64,000 nt of DNA, taken from assembly GCF_009914755.1 (NCBI RefSeq), contig NC_060927.1. One strand, given 5' to 3'. The translations under genes were made by a program, and so were the position numbers. Positions 12,034 to 28,508 of the stretch are shown one piece after another. Below the pieces are notes generated by a model. It made no database searches and was not told the DNA's origin. It saw only the letters and a program-made list of their open reading frames with translations. This DNA comes from the human T2T-CHM13v2.0 reference genome, Homo sapiens. Each line of letters starts with the position of its first letter. Within the stretch, counting starts at the first letter, position 1.

Positions 12034-14332
12034 TGAATTAGTCCATTTTCAAGCTGTTGATAAAGATATACGTGAGACTGGGAAGAAAAAGAAGTTTAAT
12101 GGACTTACAATTTCATATGGCTGGGGAGGCCTCACAATCATGGTGGAAGTCAAGGCAGAGCAAGTCACATCTTACATGAATGGCAGCAGGCAGAGGGAGG
12201 GCTTGTGCAGAGAAACTCCCATTTTTAAAACCATCAGATCTTGTGAGACCCATTCACTATCATGAGAACAGCACAGGAAGGACCCATCCCCATGACTCAA
12301 TCATCTCCCACCAGGTCCCTCCCACAACACATGGGAATTATGGGAGCTACAAGATGAGATTTGGGTGGGGACACAGAGCCAAACCATATTATTCTGCCCC
12401 GGCATCTCCCAAATTTCATGTCCTCACATTTCAAAACCAATCATGCCTTCCCAATAGCCCGCCAAAATCTTAAATCATTTCAGCATTAACTCAAAAGTCC
12501 ACAGTCCAAAGTCTCATCTGAGACAAGGCAAGTCCCTTCCACCTATAAACCTGTAAAATCAAAAGCAAGTTAGTTACTTCCTAGATACAATGAAAGTACA
12601 GGCATTGGGTAAATATGGCCATTCTAAATGGGAGAATTTGGCCAAAATAAAGGGACTATAGGCCCCATGCAAGTCCGAAATCCAGCAGGGCAGTCAAATC
12701 TTAAAGCTCCAAAATGACCTCCTTTGACTCCATGTCTCACAACCAGGTCACACTGATGTGAGAGGTGGGTTCTCATGGTCTTGGGCAGCTCTGCCCCTGT
12801 GGCTTTGCAGGATGTAGCCTCCCTCTTGGCTGCTTTCATGGGCTGGCATTGAGTGTCTGTGGTTTTCCAGGCGAATGGTGCAAGCTGTCAGTGGATCTAC
12901 CATTCTGGGGTCTGGAGGACAGTGGCCCTCTTCTCACAGCTCCACTAGGCAGTACCCTAGTAGGGACTCTGTGTCGGGGCTCTGACCTCACATTTCCCTC
13001 CCACACTGCCCTAGCAGAGGTTCTCCATGACTTCCCTGCCCCTGTAGCAAACTTCCACCTGGGCATCCAGGCATTTCCATACTTCCTCTGAAATCTAAGT
13101 GGAGGTTTCCAAACCTAAATTTTTTACTTCTGTGTACCTGCAGGCTCAACACCATGTGGAAGCTGCCAAGGCTTGGGGCTTGCACCCTCTGAAGCCACAG
13201 CCCAAGCTCTATATTGGCCCCTTTTAGCCAGCTGGAACAGCTGGGACACAGGGCACCTAATCCCCAGGCTGCACACAGCACAGGGATCCTGGGCCTGGTC
13301 CATGAAACCACGTTTTCCTCCTAGGCCTCCTGGCCTGTGATGGGAGGGGCTGCCACAAAGGTCTCTGACATGGCCTGGAGACATTTTCCCCATTGTCATG
13401 GGGATTAACATTTGGCTCCTGTTACTTATGCAAATTTCTGCAGCAGGCTTGAATTTCTCCTCAGAAAATGGGATTTTCTCTTCTATTGCATTATCAGGCT
13501 GCAAATTTTCTGAACTTTTATGCTCTGCCTCCCTTATAAAACTGAATGCCTTTAACAGCACCTAAGTCACCTCTTGAATGCTTTGCTGTTTAGAAATTTC
13601 TTCTGCCAGATACCCTAAATCATCTGTCTCAAGTTCAAAGTTCCACAAATCTCTAGGGCAGTGGTAAAATGCTGTCAGTCTCTTTGCTAAAACATAACAA
13701 GAGTCACATTTGCTCCAGTTCCCAACAAGTTCCTCATCTCCATCTGAGACCACCTCAGCCTGGATTTCATTGTCCATGTTATTATCAGCATTTTTGTCAA
13801 AGCCATTCAACAAGTTTCTAGGGAGTTCCAAACTTTCCCACATTTTCCTGTCTTCTTCTGAGCCCTCCAAACTGTTCCAACCTCTGCCTATTACCCAGTT
13901 CCAAAGTTGCTTCCACATTTTCAGGTATCTTTTCAGCAGCACCCCACTCTGCTGTTACCAATTTACTGTATTAGTCCATTTTCACAATGCTAATATGCTA
14001 ATAAAGACATACCCAAGACTGGGAAGAAAGAGAGGTTTAATGGACTTACAGTTACTCATGGCTGGGGAGGCCTCACAATCATGATGGAAGGCAAGGAGGA
14101 GCAAGTCACATCTTACATGGATGGCCGCAGGCAAAGAGAGAGCTTGTGCAGAGAAACTCCCATTTTTAAAACCATCAGGTCTCGTGAGACCCACTAACTA
14201 TCTTGAGAAAAGCACAGGAAAGACCCGCCCCCATGATTCAATCATCTCCCACTGGGTCCCTCCCACAACACATGAGAATTATGGAAGCTATAAGATGAGA
14301 TTTGGGTGAGGACACAGAGCCAAACCATATCA
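12034..14332 (-). mobile_element. Full-length THE1A/B element (LTRs 12034-12391 and 13967-14332) nested in THE1D
   Basis: Two similar ~360-bp LTRs flank a ~1.6-kb internal region with THE1-int ORF remnants (GRGWNSLEGSEEDRKMWESLELPR); 5-bp TSD gttca/gttcc. Confidence 0.92.
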
Positions 14333-14884
14333 GTTCCCAAAAACTCAACTCTTGCCTTCTGTGCACCCCCAGGCCCAACACAACATGGAAGCTGCCAAGG
14401 CTTGTGGGTTGCACCCTCTGAAGCAATTGTCTGAGCTGTATCTTGGCCCCTTTTAGTCACAGCTGAAGCTGGAGCAGCTGGGACTCAGGGTGCCATGTCC
14501 TGAGGCTGCACAGAGCAGCCAGGCCCTAGGCCTGGCCCATGAAACATTTTTCCCTCCTAGGCCTCCAGGCCTGTGATAGGAGGGGCTACAGTGAAGGTCT
14601 CTGAACTGCCCTGGAGACATTTTCTCCATTGTCTTCAATATTAATATTTGGCTCCACTCATGCAAATTTCTGCAGCCAGCTTGACTTTCTGTCCAGAAAA
14701 TGGGTTTTTCTTTACTACCATATGGTCAGGCTGCAAATTTTCTAAACTTTCACAAGAACAGCACAGGGGAAATCCACCCCCATGATCCAATCACCTTCCA
14801 CCAGCCCCCTCCTCCAATTCGACATGAGATTTGGGTGGGGACACAACTCTTTCACAACTCTTCCCTGTCATGTTAATTTTTTCA

Positions 14885-16920
<2,036 letters not shown>

Positions 16921-17596
16921 TCATTTCCTATTATGTACATTTTATTCCACTTCTAAAAATTTCTCCTTAGTTTGGAGTCTCGTTCTAAAAAGGAGCCTGA
17001 GCTGGTCAGTTTCAAGAGTTAATGGGGGCTAGATTGTACCAGTTCCCCTAAACTCTGGCTAGTGACTAGAGACAAAGAGGATCTGCACAAATACCTGAAG
17101 AAGACCATGTCCAAACACACAAACCTAGCACATTATAATGTCTGGTGTGTCAAGACAAAATAAATTTCCTTCAGTGAGAAATTGTCTGTTTCCTTAGGCC
17201 TCTTGAAACAATGTAAGTTAGCCCCCACTGCCCCAAAGTGACATTAGTTGTAGAAAATTTTCCTTGGCTTGGTGGGGAGGGGGTGCCCATTTATTTTTAC
17301 TACCTTTGCAAAAAGTTTATTCTGCAAGTCTGGATCTCCCATCTGTCTATGCACATCCGCTGCACTTCCTTCCTGTCTCTGAATCCTTCCCTGGCTTGGC
17401 CCCCTTCACTGCTTGGTCCTTGTTTAAAAATAAATAAATAAATAAGCCAAAGGAGAAGGAAAGGGAAGGAAAAGACAGTAAGATGTCACAATTTATTAAT
17501 CTTACATGGGTGTTGAATAATATATTAGCTCACCTTAGCTCATGAATGTACTAAATCTATCCAGATCAGCATTGGTGGGCTGAGGCTAAAAGCCTG

Positions 17597-17798
17597 CTAG
17601 TTCTCAAGTCTAGCTGCACAATGGACTCACTTGCAGAGCTTTAAACAAAACAAAACAGAACAAAACAAAACAAAACATGTATGCCTGGGTCTTACCCCCA
17701 GAAATTGATTCAGTTAGTCTAGGATGAAGCCTGGGGAATAATTTTTTTGTTTGTTTCCCCAGTAATTCTGATGTGGGACCAGAGTTGAGAACTACTGA
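17597..17798. mobile_element. MER5-family hAT DNA transposon
   Basis: Terminal inverted motifs agttctcaa...ttgagaact and MER5-like interior. Confidence 0.7.
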
Positions 17799-17906
17799 CA
17801 GCCTAGGTAAAACCTCCAGCAAACAAAACAATTTGCATATTAGACAACTGTGCTTCAGTTTGCTCTTCTGTTCTAAAGGCTAATTATTTGTTTAGAGATT
17901 ACTCTT

Positions 17907-18780
17907 TTGTGGAGAAAAGGGAACGCTTATACACTGTTGGTGGGAATGTAAATTGGTACAACATTACGGAAAACAGTTTGGAGGCCCTTCAAAAAACTAA
18001 AAGTAGAATTACTATATGATCCAGCAGTTCCACTTCTGTGTATATATTCAAAAGAAATGAAATCACTATGTTGAAGAGATAGCTGCATTCCCATGCTCAT
18101 TGCAGCATTATTCACAATAGCCAAGATACAGAATCAACCTAAGTGTACAACAGCAAATAAATGAATAAATAAAATGTGGTGCTACGGTTTGAATATCTGT
18201 CCTCTCCAAAACTCATGTTGAAATTTAACCGCCAATGTGGCAGTGTTGAGAGATGCGGTCTTTAAGAAGTGTTTGGGTCATGGATTAATAGACTAATGGG
18301 TTAGTGGATTAATGGGTTATCATGGGAGTGGTGGCTTTATAAGAAGAGGACTAGCACGCTAAGTCCCCTTGCCATGTGATTCCCCGGACTGCCCTGGGAC
18401 TCTACAGAGACCTCACCAGCAAGAAGGCTCTCACCAGATGAAGCCCCTTGACCTTGGACTTCTCAGCTTCCACACTATAATAAATGAATACCTTTTATTT
18501 ATAAATTACCCAGTTTTAGGTATTCTATTATAAGCAACAGAAACTAAGACATGGTATATATAGACACACAACGGAAAATTATTCAACCTCAAAAAGAAGA
18601 AAATCCTTCATTTGCAACAACATGGGTGAACCTAGAGGACATTATGTTACATGAAATAAGCCAGGCACAGAAAAACAAATAGCACATGATCTCACTTACA
18701 TGTAGAATCTTTAAAAGTTGAACTCACAGAAGCAGATAGTAGAATGGTAGCTACTAGACGCTGGTGGGGGTGGGAAGGGG
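17907..18780 (+). mobile_element. L1MA 3' fragment split by an LTR
   Basis: gtggagaaaagggaac...gatccagcagttccacttctg...gaacctagaggacattatg. Confidence 0.85.
18180..18551 (+). mobile_element. MST/MLT1A-type solo LTR
   Basis: tgctacggtttgaatatctgtcc...taaattacccagt...actaagaca with TG...CA termini. Confidence 0.85.
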
Positions 18781-19429
18781 TTAAAATCTTTTTTAAAAAA
18801 GATCAGTTCCTTGATCAGGAGTATTAACATATGAAAATAAAGACATACTAAGCTTTAAAATATGATTTGTAGATTTGTTCCCATAAGTATTCACTGTACA
18901 CTGATTTTCTGTACTTTAAATCCTGTTATCTTATGTATTATTCTTTAAATCTTATTATCTTATGTATTAACCAAAGGTTAACTTTTCCTATTATATAAGA
19001 ATAAGATAATAGCGATTTAAAGTACAGAAAAGTCATGTGGGCAGGGGCAGGGAAAATGTATTACCTCCCCATGTACTAAGTCTTTACAATTGTTATCACT
19101 TTAGATCAGCACCCCAAAATTCTATAATTACTCCCCACCTCCCACCTGCATTTAAGAGGAGATAAAATCATACAACTGGTAAGTGATGGCATTGGGATTT
19201 CAACCTGAGTCTCTCTTGTTACAAAGCCATTAATGAGAATGTAATTCCAAAATCTGAAAAAAGTTTAAATTAATATTTTAACCATAAAAATATAAATGTT
19301 AATTGCAAGAAAAAGGGAAAGAAAACAAACATTATAGAAGGTAGAAAATAAAATGTATCTATCATCTTCCTCACAGCCACACCCTGTAATCCCCTAAGTA
19401 ACTTTGATTGAGAATTTACTGGGCATCTT

Positions 19430-19736
19430 TCAGGAAAAGACTGTTTTATTAGATCACTTATTATAATAATTCTAAAATTTAGTACAAAATATTATTTTAA
19501 AGTTCCTAGGATTATTATTATGTTACAAATAAGTTTAAAATCCAAACTGATTATTTCAAGCTGCAGAACCCCAGATTCCAAGGAGGTGACTGAAGTTGAA
19601 GTGGGTGCTGGGGCCAGGACTCAGATCTCCCACCTCTTCCTTGTTCAGAGCAGTTCTGCTTTTCCGTAGTTCATGTACTGTATTGGGCTTTTGTGTAAGA
19701 CTTTGCAGAACATTTAAGTCCACAGTTTTAAAAAGT
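19430..19736 (-). other. CCDC14: Candidate distal alternative last exon of CCDC14
   Basis: Strong acceptor tttctattctttcag|AC at 19737/19736 and AATAAA at 19445-19450 on the minus strand. Confidence 0.5.
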
Positions 19737-20224
19737 CTGAAAGAATAGAAATGACAACATAAATAAATATAAACTTGGGATTACATTCTATTATTTTACA
19801 TTCTATCTGTCATCCTTCCTTCATATTCTACTTTTATAAACCTATAGGTTCTCCGTTTGCTACCCTCAAGAGCCCTATACCTCCATTCTAAAAACACTGT
19901 AGAAGTTTATCTTAGAAACAATAGGTGATCTGGGCAGAGGGGAGGGAAGGGATCTGAAAACCCAGCACATCAAAGGCCATGTTTACAGACAGAATGAGCA
20001 CATGCAAATCATGGCTGAGAAATCTATCTACTGTATAAAGTAAATCTGGAGATATTTTATATGTAAGACCTCTGATGTATACAAAGCCTATAAACTCAAT
20101 TTCCTACATAATGAGAATCTATAGCCAAATGATATCATCTATGAAAAATCCCTTGTTTTGCAAAAGACAAAGCAGAAGGTAGAGGATAAGTAGTGCATTT
20201 CTACCTCAAATTGTGTGGAGGGAC

Positions 20225-20460
20225 TATAGTTTAGTGTGAACATCTGAGTCACTGAAGCTTTCTTATTAACTAGCTATGTGACCTTGCACAAGTGACTTAA
20301 TTTCTTCTGGACCCGAATTTCCTAATTGTTAAAAAACAGATACAAGTGCGATAAATAAACCCCATCCACTTCATAAGGTTGTTGTGAGGGTTGCACAAGA
20401 GCGCACATTGCAAAGCATATCAGCAGAGTGTTTGACACAGAATAATTGTTCCACAAATGG
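20225..20460 (+). mobile_element. MIR
   Basis: actagctatgtgaccttgcacaagtgacttaa...cataaggttgttgtgagg. Confidence 0.75.
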
Positions 20461-20814
20461 TGAGTACTTTTCTGTGGAGTACCAATTACTTAATCGTGCC
20501 ATGCCAAACTCAGTTCTCTGGCCCCTGGTAGGCTAAAATTCTTTCCATTATTCTGCATTGCCTCTTTTTTGGTAACCTCTATCTGTGCAGTCTTCATTCA
20601 GTGCCAGGTTGGAGAGACTGTGAGCTGTGACCCATGGTCCCAGCCAAGGCAGACATGATGAGTGGCAGCTGGAGAGGTGGTGCAATCCAAGGGAACTTAT
20701 AGGTGAGTGGAGGATTGAGATGGTGGTCCGGATTATCTACACCTGATGAATCCTAAACAGGTGTGAAGTGAAAAACTTAAGTTTGAATCCAGCACTTGTG
20801 AATATCCCAGTACG

Positions 20815-21143
20815 TTTTCTTTTTCTTTGAGACAGGGTCTTGCTCTGTCACCCAGACTAGAGTGCAGCGGCACAATCTTGGCTCACTGTAGCCTCCACCT
20901 CCTGGGTTCAAGCGATTCTCATGCCTCGGCCTCCTGAGTAGCTGCGATTACAGGTGCCTGCCACAATGCCCTGCTAATTTTTGTAGGTTTTTTTGTTTGT
21001 TTGGTTGTTTTTTTTTTTTTTTTGGTAGAGATTGGGTTTCCTCATGTTGGTCAGTCTGGTCTCAAACTCGTGACCTCAAGTGATCTGCCCTCCTTGGCCT
21101 CCCAAAGTGCTGGGATTACAGGCCTGATCCACCATGCCAGGAC
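20815..21143 (-). mobile_element. AluS with expanded T-rich linker
   Basis: Antisense Alu; TSD cagtacRttttc. Confidence 0.92.
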
Positions 21144-21459
21144 AACAGTACATTTTCACCTAGTTTTTTGCATTCATGTTTATAATTGTTTATTAACAAA
21201 GTCAGAAGTTATTTTAACAAGTAGTACTTGAGTAGAAGTATAAATGGAAAGAGCTTATTTATTAGCTTTTCTGACTTTAAGATGTTTATTGTTTAATCGG
21301 TTTAGCTTCTGAATTAAAAACTTATCAGAGGTTCTTAGTTCTGTTGTAGAAAGTATTCATCTGCTAGCTTAAGTTGTCCTTGATAACTGCTGTTGGTATA
21401 TGAGAACATGAACTAAGCCTTGAGTACTCCACCCTAGCTCTGCATGCTTCCTAACTCAT

Positions 21460-22270
21460 CTCATGCCCTCACATGGTTTCAGATACCACCAGTGATCCCC
21501 AAATGTAAATCTCTAGTCTATTTCTTCTGAGTACCCAGCTTTTGGACTTCACCTGGAATTCATGTCCAGTATTGCCCTCTTCCCCTCGTCCCCGGGAAAC
21601 CTGCCCAGCCTCCTGGCTCCCAGGTTAATGACACTGACACCCATCCAGCAGTCCTGGCCAGAAACCTGGGTCTTTCTGCATTCCCTTTGCCTCATCAGTT
21701 GCCCATGGGATTTCCTACCTATGCAGATGGCAAATTCCTCTCCTCCCCAGTTCTCACTACCACTTGCCTTACCTGTCCCTTAGGCTATTGTGGCAGCCTT
21801 CCAACTGGGCTTCCTGTCATCAGTCTTGTCCCTCTAATCCACACTAATAGAATGATTTTCTTCAACATAAATCTGTTAACGAAGTCTCCTCTGTAAACGT
21901 CTGTAGCTGACCAAACTCCTGATCTTTTTTCTGGGTTCTTCTGTAGCTACTCATCGTAATGTCAACTCCAGCCATGGGAGCACCTCACTATTTTCTGAAC
22001 ATGCCATGGTAGTTCAGGGCTCATTAGTCTTTTCCAAGCTTGAATGATCCCTTATCTGTGAAACTGACCGAACCTCACCAGTTTGATTAAGATGTCTCTC
22101 CTCTGTGCTCCAATAACATGTGCCTCATACTGAGTAATCCATTTGTGTATCCTCAAATAGACTGCAAGCCTTTGAGGACAAGGACTAGGTCTGGCTTTTT
22201 CTATATATCCAAGCAATAAATGGAGAGCTTGACACAATGTGGGTTAATAAATACATTTATTGCATTACTT
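21460..22270 (+). mobile_element. L2 fragments
   Basis: Pyrimidine-rich L2-like 3' region ending aataaatacatttattg. Confidence 0.6.
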
Positions 22271-23051
22271 ATCTGTGGAAATAAAAAGCTATTAATTGCA
22301 AAAACAAAACAACCAAACAACATCATAAGAACAAGGTAGAATTTTTAAGAGAGAAAGAAAAAAGAAGAAATACTTTGGGAATTTTTTGTTCTGAATTATC
22401 CCAGCATGTTTTATAACGGTCTCCCACACACCCATGTACCCACTGGAAAAACTGGCTAATTAAGTCAAGAGCCCTCACATGAACAGAAGCCTGACATTAG
22501 GAGGCTGCCTAAAACAGCAACATTCCAGATTCCTTTTCTGAGTAGGTCTTCCAGGACTCCTCTGGTCCTTCCCCCTATCTCTCAGCAAGACCATAACTGA
22601 ACAGTCTTAGAAAGGTGTATATCCACTTTTCCTTCCTGGTAATGTGAGAGGGAGCCTTCAACTCAGTTACGAATTCCAGCGACTGGACGTTCTATCGGGA
22701 AAGTTCTTTCTTATGTTTACATAATAATTCATGTTGCTAATAAAAATCTATTCAGATTAAGATAGTGCCAAAAGTTTTAAATACTTATACATTTAACAAG
22801 ATCAACTCTAGGCTTATATTTTTTTAATTGTGGAAAAACTATTAAAAGACACAAAGTATTTGAATAGATTTAAAGTCATATCATGTTCCTGGAAGAGAAT
22901 ACTTAATATAAAACTGTTAATTCTAGAAATTTTAATATATTAATTTAATGTAGTTCCAATTAGAATTTCAACAGAGTTTTTATTGGAATTAGATAAAATG
23001 ATTCTAAAGTTTATATAAAGAAAGAATGCCAAAGAATAGCTAGTAAAACTA

Positions 23052-23381
<330 letters not shown>

Positions 23382-24936
23382 GAAGACAGAGTACACAGGG
23401 GGGCTTATTAAGATATCAGTGATACTATAACACTTATAAATTCAATTCAATATAGCATTAGCAAGAATACAAAATATATTTCTGGAACAGAATAAATAAT
23501 TAATGATTACATTGTAGTTATTATTTAAATGTATTACAGAGTGGTAGTTCAATGGGAAAAAAGTTGAACTTTTTTTTTTACTATGCAGACATAACTGGCT
23601 ACTCACTTGAAAGAAAAGTGTTGAACTGCCATCTTACACTACATTAAAATATAAATACAAATATATTAAGCATTTAAATGTAAAAAAAATTTTAAGTTGA
23701 AGAAAAATATCTAGGAGATTATATGTACACACTATGGTTAGAGGAGACTTTCCTTACCAAGAACTATAAAATAAAAGGTAGGCATACTCAGCCATTTATA
23801 AATCACTTTTTTGGTATGGCAAATAGTACTATAAACAAAGTTAATAGCAGTCAATGTGTCTGAAAAAATCTTTGTGCTACTATATTCATACAAAGGATCA
23901 CTTTCTATACAAAGCACCCTTAAAAACTGATAAGATGGTGACTAAAAACTGACAGAACTGATTAGAAAATTGTGCAAAGGATACAAACAACTTAATAATG
24001 AGTAGTATCAAAAGGCCCAACAAACATATGAATATGATTCAAGTTCACTAGAAATCAGAGAAATAAAAATAAAAGTAACAAAAAAAATCACTTAACACCC
24101 ATCACACTGGCAAACATAATAACAGACATAGTAAAGCTTCCAAAGATCAAACATGGGACAATGTAAGTATCAAAGAAAATCATAACTGCAATGGATTCAA
24201 ACACATCAAAGAAGTTTAATCCATTACTTCATAATGATACTAAAAAAACCAGTCATCATTAAAGGATGCTAAGGAACCATTTCATTATTTTGAAAACTGG
24301 TAGATAATGGGAAAGAATCAAGCACTTATGTTGCCTTATTTATATGAACTATACCATTGGGTAACCAAACAGCAGAGGTGAGAAAGTTTTTCTCTATAGA
24401 CAGTACACCTCATAAATGAAAAAGAGTAGATTTAGACTGTCACCATTCTGCAATCCTAATGAACAAATAGATCTGGGTACTGAGCATCAATGGTTGCTAA
24501 CCAACATCACGAAGAGGGAGACAACCAAACATTATGTGACTCCTGATGGAGAAACAATCACTGCCTTTGAATTCTTCTTGCCATAAAAATCAAACCTGAA
24601 TCTGATCAAGCTTTTAGATTCCATTAACAATTCACAGGCAATAAGGATGAGGAAAATCTTCCACCAAAACATAGAAATGCAACTTGCAAAATTCAGACTG
24701 TGGGAAGCTTTACAGCACCAAAAACTTGGTTCCTTCAACAAATAAATTGTATGGAGGAAAAAGAATATGGCAGGGGAGACAATTTGTTAAAAGAGACATA
24801 AAAGACTAATCAATTGCAACTTGTGTACCTTTATTTGTGTACCTCAAGTAAGATGTAAATACTAGCTAACTATTTAATGAATAATTATTGTTAATTTTTT
24901 TAGATATGATAATATTGTGCTTATCTTTTTTAAAAA

Positions 24937-25215
24937 TTTTTTTACTGTAAGTTCTGGGATACATGTGCTGAACATGCAGGTTTGTTACATAGGTATACAT
25001 GTGCCATGGTGGTTTGCTGCACCTATCAACCCATCATCTAGGTTTTAGGCCCACATGCATTAGGTATTTGTCCTAATACTCTCCCTCCCCTTGTCCTCCA
25101 CCCACCGACAGGCCCCAGTGTGTGATGTTTCCCTCCCTGTGTCTATGTCTTCTCATCATTCAACTCCCACTTATGAGTGAGAACATGCGGTGTTTGGTTT
25201 TCTGTTCCTGTGTTT
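24937..25215 (-). mobile_element. 5'-truncated L1PA 3' end (~280 bp)
   Basis: gtatacatgtgccatggtggtttgctgcacc...cccacttatgagtgagaacatgcgg. Confidence 0.9.
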
Positions 25216-25418
25216 TAGAAATACATTTATACTTATATTTATGGATGAGATAATAAGGCATCAGGAACTTGCTTTAAAACAAAATGAAACAGAAGGAATT
25301 GGATGGGGCAGGTTTGGCCATGGTTATTGGGCTGGCTGATGGACACACAGAAGTTCACTAGGCTATTTGCCTTTTTTGTGCATGCTTGAAATTCTCCATA
25401 ATAAAAAGTATTATTTTT

Positions 25419-25421
<3 letters not shown>

Positions 25422-25449
<28 letters not shown>
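25422..25449. repeat. (CA)n microsatellite
   Basis: About 14 perfect AC units. Confidence 0.95.
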
Positions 25450-25730
25450 GACAAGCCACAGCATCTATTGCTTATTGCTGGTGGTATCTATGAAGGAAAT
25501 TTTCACACATTTATAGCAGAAGTGTAAAGTGTTACAACCTCTTTAGAAGGCAATTTGGCAAGATCTGTTTTTCAAAATGAGTATATCTTTTGGCTCAGCA
25601 GTTCTACTCCTGGGACTCTATTCCTTAGAAATAGCAGTAGACACACACATGAGGTCATATGGCAATTGTGTGACAGTGTTCATAGAAGACCCCAAACTGG
25701 AAACAAAGTGAATGCTCACAGCAATAGATT

Positions 25731-26125
25731 TGGTAGACTGGCCCACTCTCTGTTTAGTTAACCCCTTTCTTGTGTGTCTTTTTATTTTGCAGAGGCTGGA
25801 AAGCTAAAGACATATTTCCAACTCTCCCTCAAAGCTAGGACTTTAGATTGTGATTTAATCTTTCCAGATGCGCTAGTGTAGATCTGACAGACAAAATGTA
25901 GGTCCGGAGTAAAAAGTTCCCATGGTAGCCTCCTGATCCTCAAGTTGCAGCTAAGGTAGTGTGATTCTGAAGCCAGCAGCTGGAACAGCAGCTTCTGGAA
26001 TGTGACAGAGACAGCAGTTCTCTTGGAGAGAAGGGTCTGTAGGACTGTTGTGGGCATGATTCTTTGAGGCCCAGCCTAGAGCCTGCTACTTCGGCACCTC
26101 CAGTTATTTTGTAAGTCCCAAATTC
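25731..26125. mobile_element. ERVL LTR (LTR33-like)
   Basis: gcagaggctggaaagctaaa...tttccca...gctagg motif, recalled from the LTR33/LTR16 group. Confidence 0.55.
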
Positions 26126-28156
26126 CCTACGTTAAATCTCTTTCTACTTAAAATAGCTATTTTCTGTTATGTATAACTGAACAAAATGGTTGAATGAATT
26201 ACGCATTATATAATAATTCCATATCATGGAATACTAACTAGCCATTGAAGAGAATAAATTAGATCCATACTAGATGACTTCTTAGTCATCTAGAGGGATT
26301 TCCCTAAGGTACTTCTAAGTCAGAAAATCAAAATACAGAAAAGTTACATATGATCCCATTTTTGTGAAACAACGACCAGCTATCTCTGAGGTCTATATAA
26401 ATCATGGACCTATATGACTTCATGAGCATGGAGAAAACACTGACAATCACCCATTAGGTTATGAAGATAGGTTACAGGTGTGTGGCTAGGGTGTGGGAAA
26501 GGGACTAGTATGAGGAGAGAAGGTGGTGAGAGAAGGTGTTGATGAAAAAAATAGCAAGCATGATATGATCCTATATATATAGAATTACTTGTGTATTTTT
26601 ATGTGTATGTATAAAGAATGCTTAAAAGGATAACCAACTCGTTAATCTCATGATGGTGGGATTTCAGGTGGGATTTACTTTTATGTGATTAGGAACAAAC
26701 TAAAGGTCTTTTCATTGTGGAAAAAAAGAAAAAAAAAAAAAAACCCTGGGATGTGCAACTGTAACAAAAGCTATAAGGTACTTAGGAATAAATTCTATAA
26801 AAGTTTAACAAGATTTTTATGGAGTAAGTAAATGGAGCGTTATACAATATTAATGAGTTGGAGGTTTCAATATAATAAAAATGGCAATTCTCCAAGTTAA
26901 CCTATAAATTCTACGCAATTCTAATAAAATCTCAAGAGAATTTGTCACAGAATTTGATCAACTGGTCCTTCACACAGAAGAGTAAAGGCCCAAGCATAGA
27001 CAAAGACAATTTTGCAGATGAATGGGGGGAGAAAGGATCATTTTACCTGATATGAAGACATTATAAATCTGCAATAATTAAAAGTATGGTATTGCACAGA
27101 GACAGGTAAAACAGATGAGAGAGAGAGAGAATAAACAGACCCACAGATAAAGGGGAACTGGAAGAGTGACACAGAGGTAACATTACACATTAGTGGGGAG
27201 CACAAGATGGCAAATGAACCTGGGTTGCTAGTCTTTCAGAACCCACCATGGTAATGTTACAGAAGTGACAGACAAGTTAATAATGGATAACAGAATATAC
27301 CATAAAACTACTGAGAAACCTTTGGGGAGACAGGAAGTGATTGGTTACCAGTGGGTATATAGGAAATGTCAGCCTAAAATAGAAGGTGGCCAGGCAGAAG
27401 GTGGGCTGGGGGACATCATTCTCCCTTCATTTTTCTTCTCCCCGCACATTGTTCTGAGTGAGTCATTGCTCACCTCTCACTTCTGGGGGGCAGAAGAGCA
27501 GTACTTAGGCCAATGACACTGAGTATTTGAGTTGCCTTACGGCAGGGCTTGAAGAGCGGCTAACAACAGGTGCAGAAGAATGTCTTGACTCCTGAGCAGG
27601 CCTAATCCCTGTCCCAATCCTATGGGAGGAAGCTCTTGAAAAATGAGTAGAGCTCAGGAAAAAAAAAGATACAGGAAACAGGGAATGATCAAACCCAGAC
27701 TGAAGTAACAGAGGTCAACACTCTAAGGAGTATTTCCTATCACTACAACCACCACCTCACATCACATACACTCAATAACTCATCAGAAGGGTCTCAGTTG
27801 GATTCTGGATTTCAGTCTCCCTTCCAGGTATACATTATCTGTCCAGGTAGCTGATACTCCCCAAGGTAATGTAAGCTCACAGGGGAAAATAATGATATAA
27901 ACTACGTGCACAGGCTTAACAGTCCATGCTAAAGGTATCAGAAACAATGGACCAGAGAGGCCTGAATTTAAAATACACATAATAAACACATTTAACAAGA
28001 TAAGGGAGAGTATTGGAAATATGAAGCAGGAAAAAGCAATTATAAAAAAATACTGTATGAATAATATAACAGTTGAAATTAAGAACTCAACACATGAATT
28101 TATCTGCAGAATAGGGATAGCTGAAAAACCAATGAATGAGATGAAAGATCACATCA

Positions 28157-28508
<352 letters not shown>

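Larger units (their letters stand above)
10631..14846 (-). mobile_element. THE1D-like MaLR element (LTR 10631-11006; internal 11007-12033 and 14333-14750; deleted LTR remnant 14751-14846)
   Basis: LTR starts tgcattagtc and ends gggacacaaatccaaatcatataa; the internal sequence is collinear across the nested insertion. Confidence 0.85.

Noticed and set aside
12115-14071. PRDM9 hotspot 13-mer in the THE1 LTRs
   Set aside because: Both LTRs read CCTCCCCAGCCAT on the minus strand, the ordinary consensus rather than the hotspot-associated CCTCCCTNNCCAC variant.
11131-14665. Cluster of 60-213 aa ORFs resembling a gene
   Set aside because: Frameshifted THE1 internal/LTR and Alu translations, not an intact protein.
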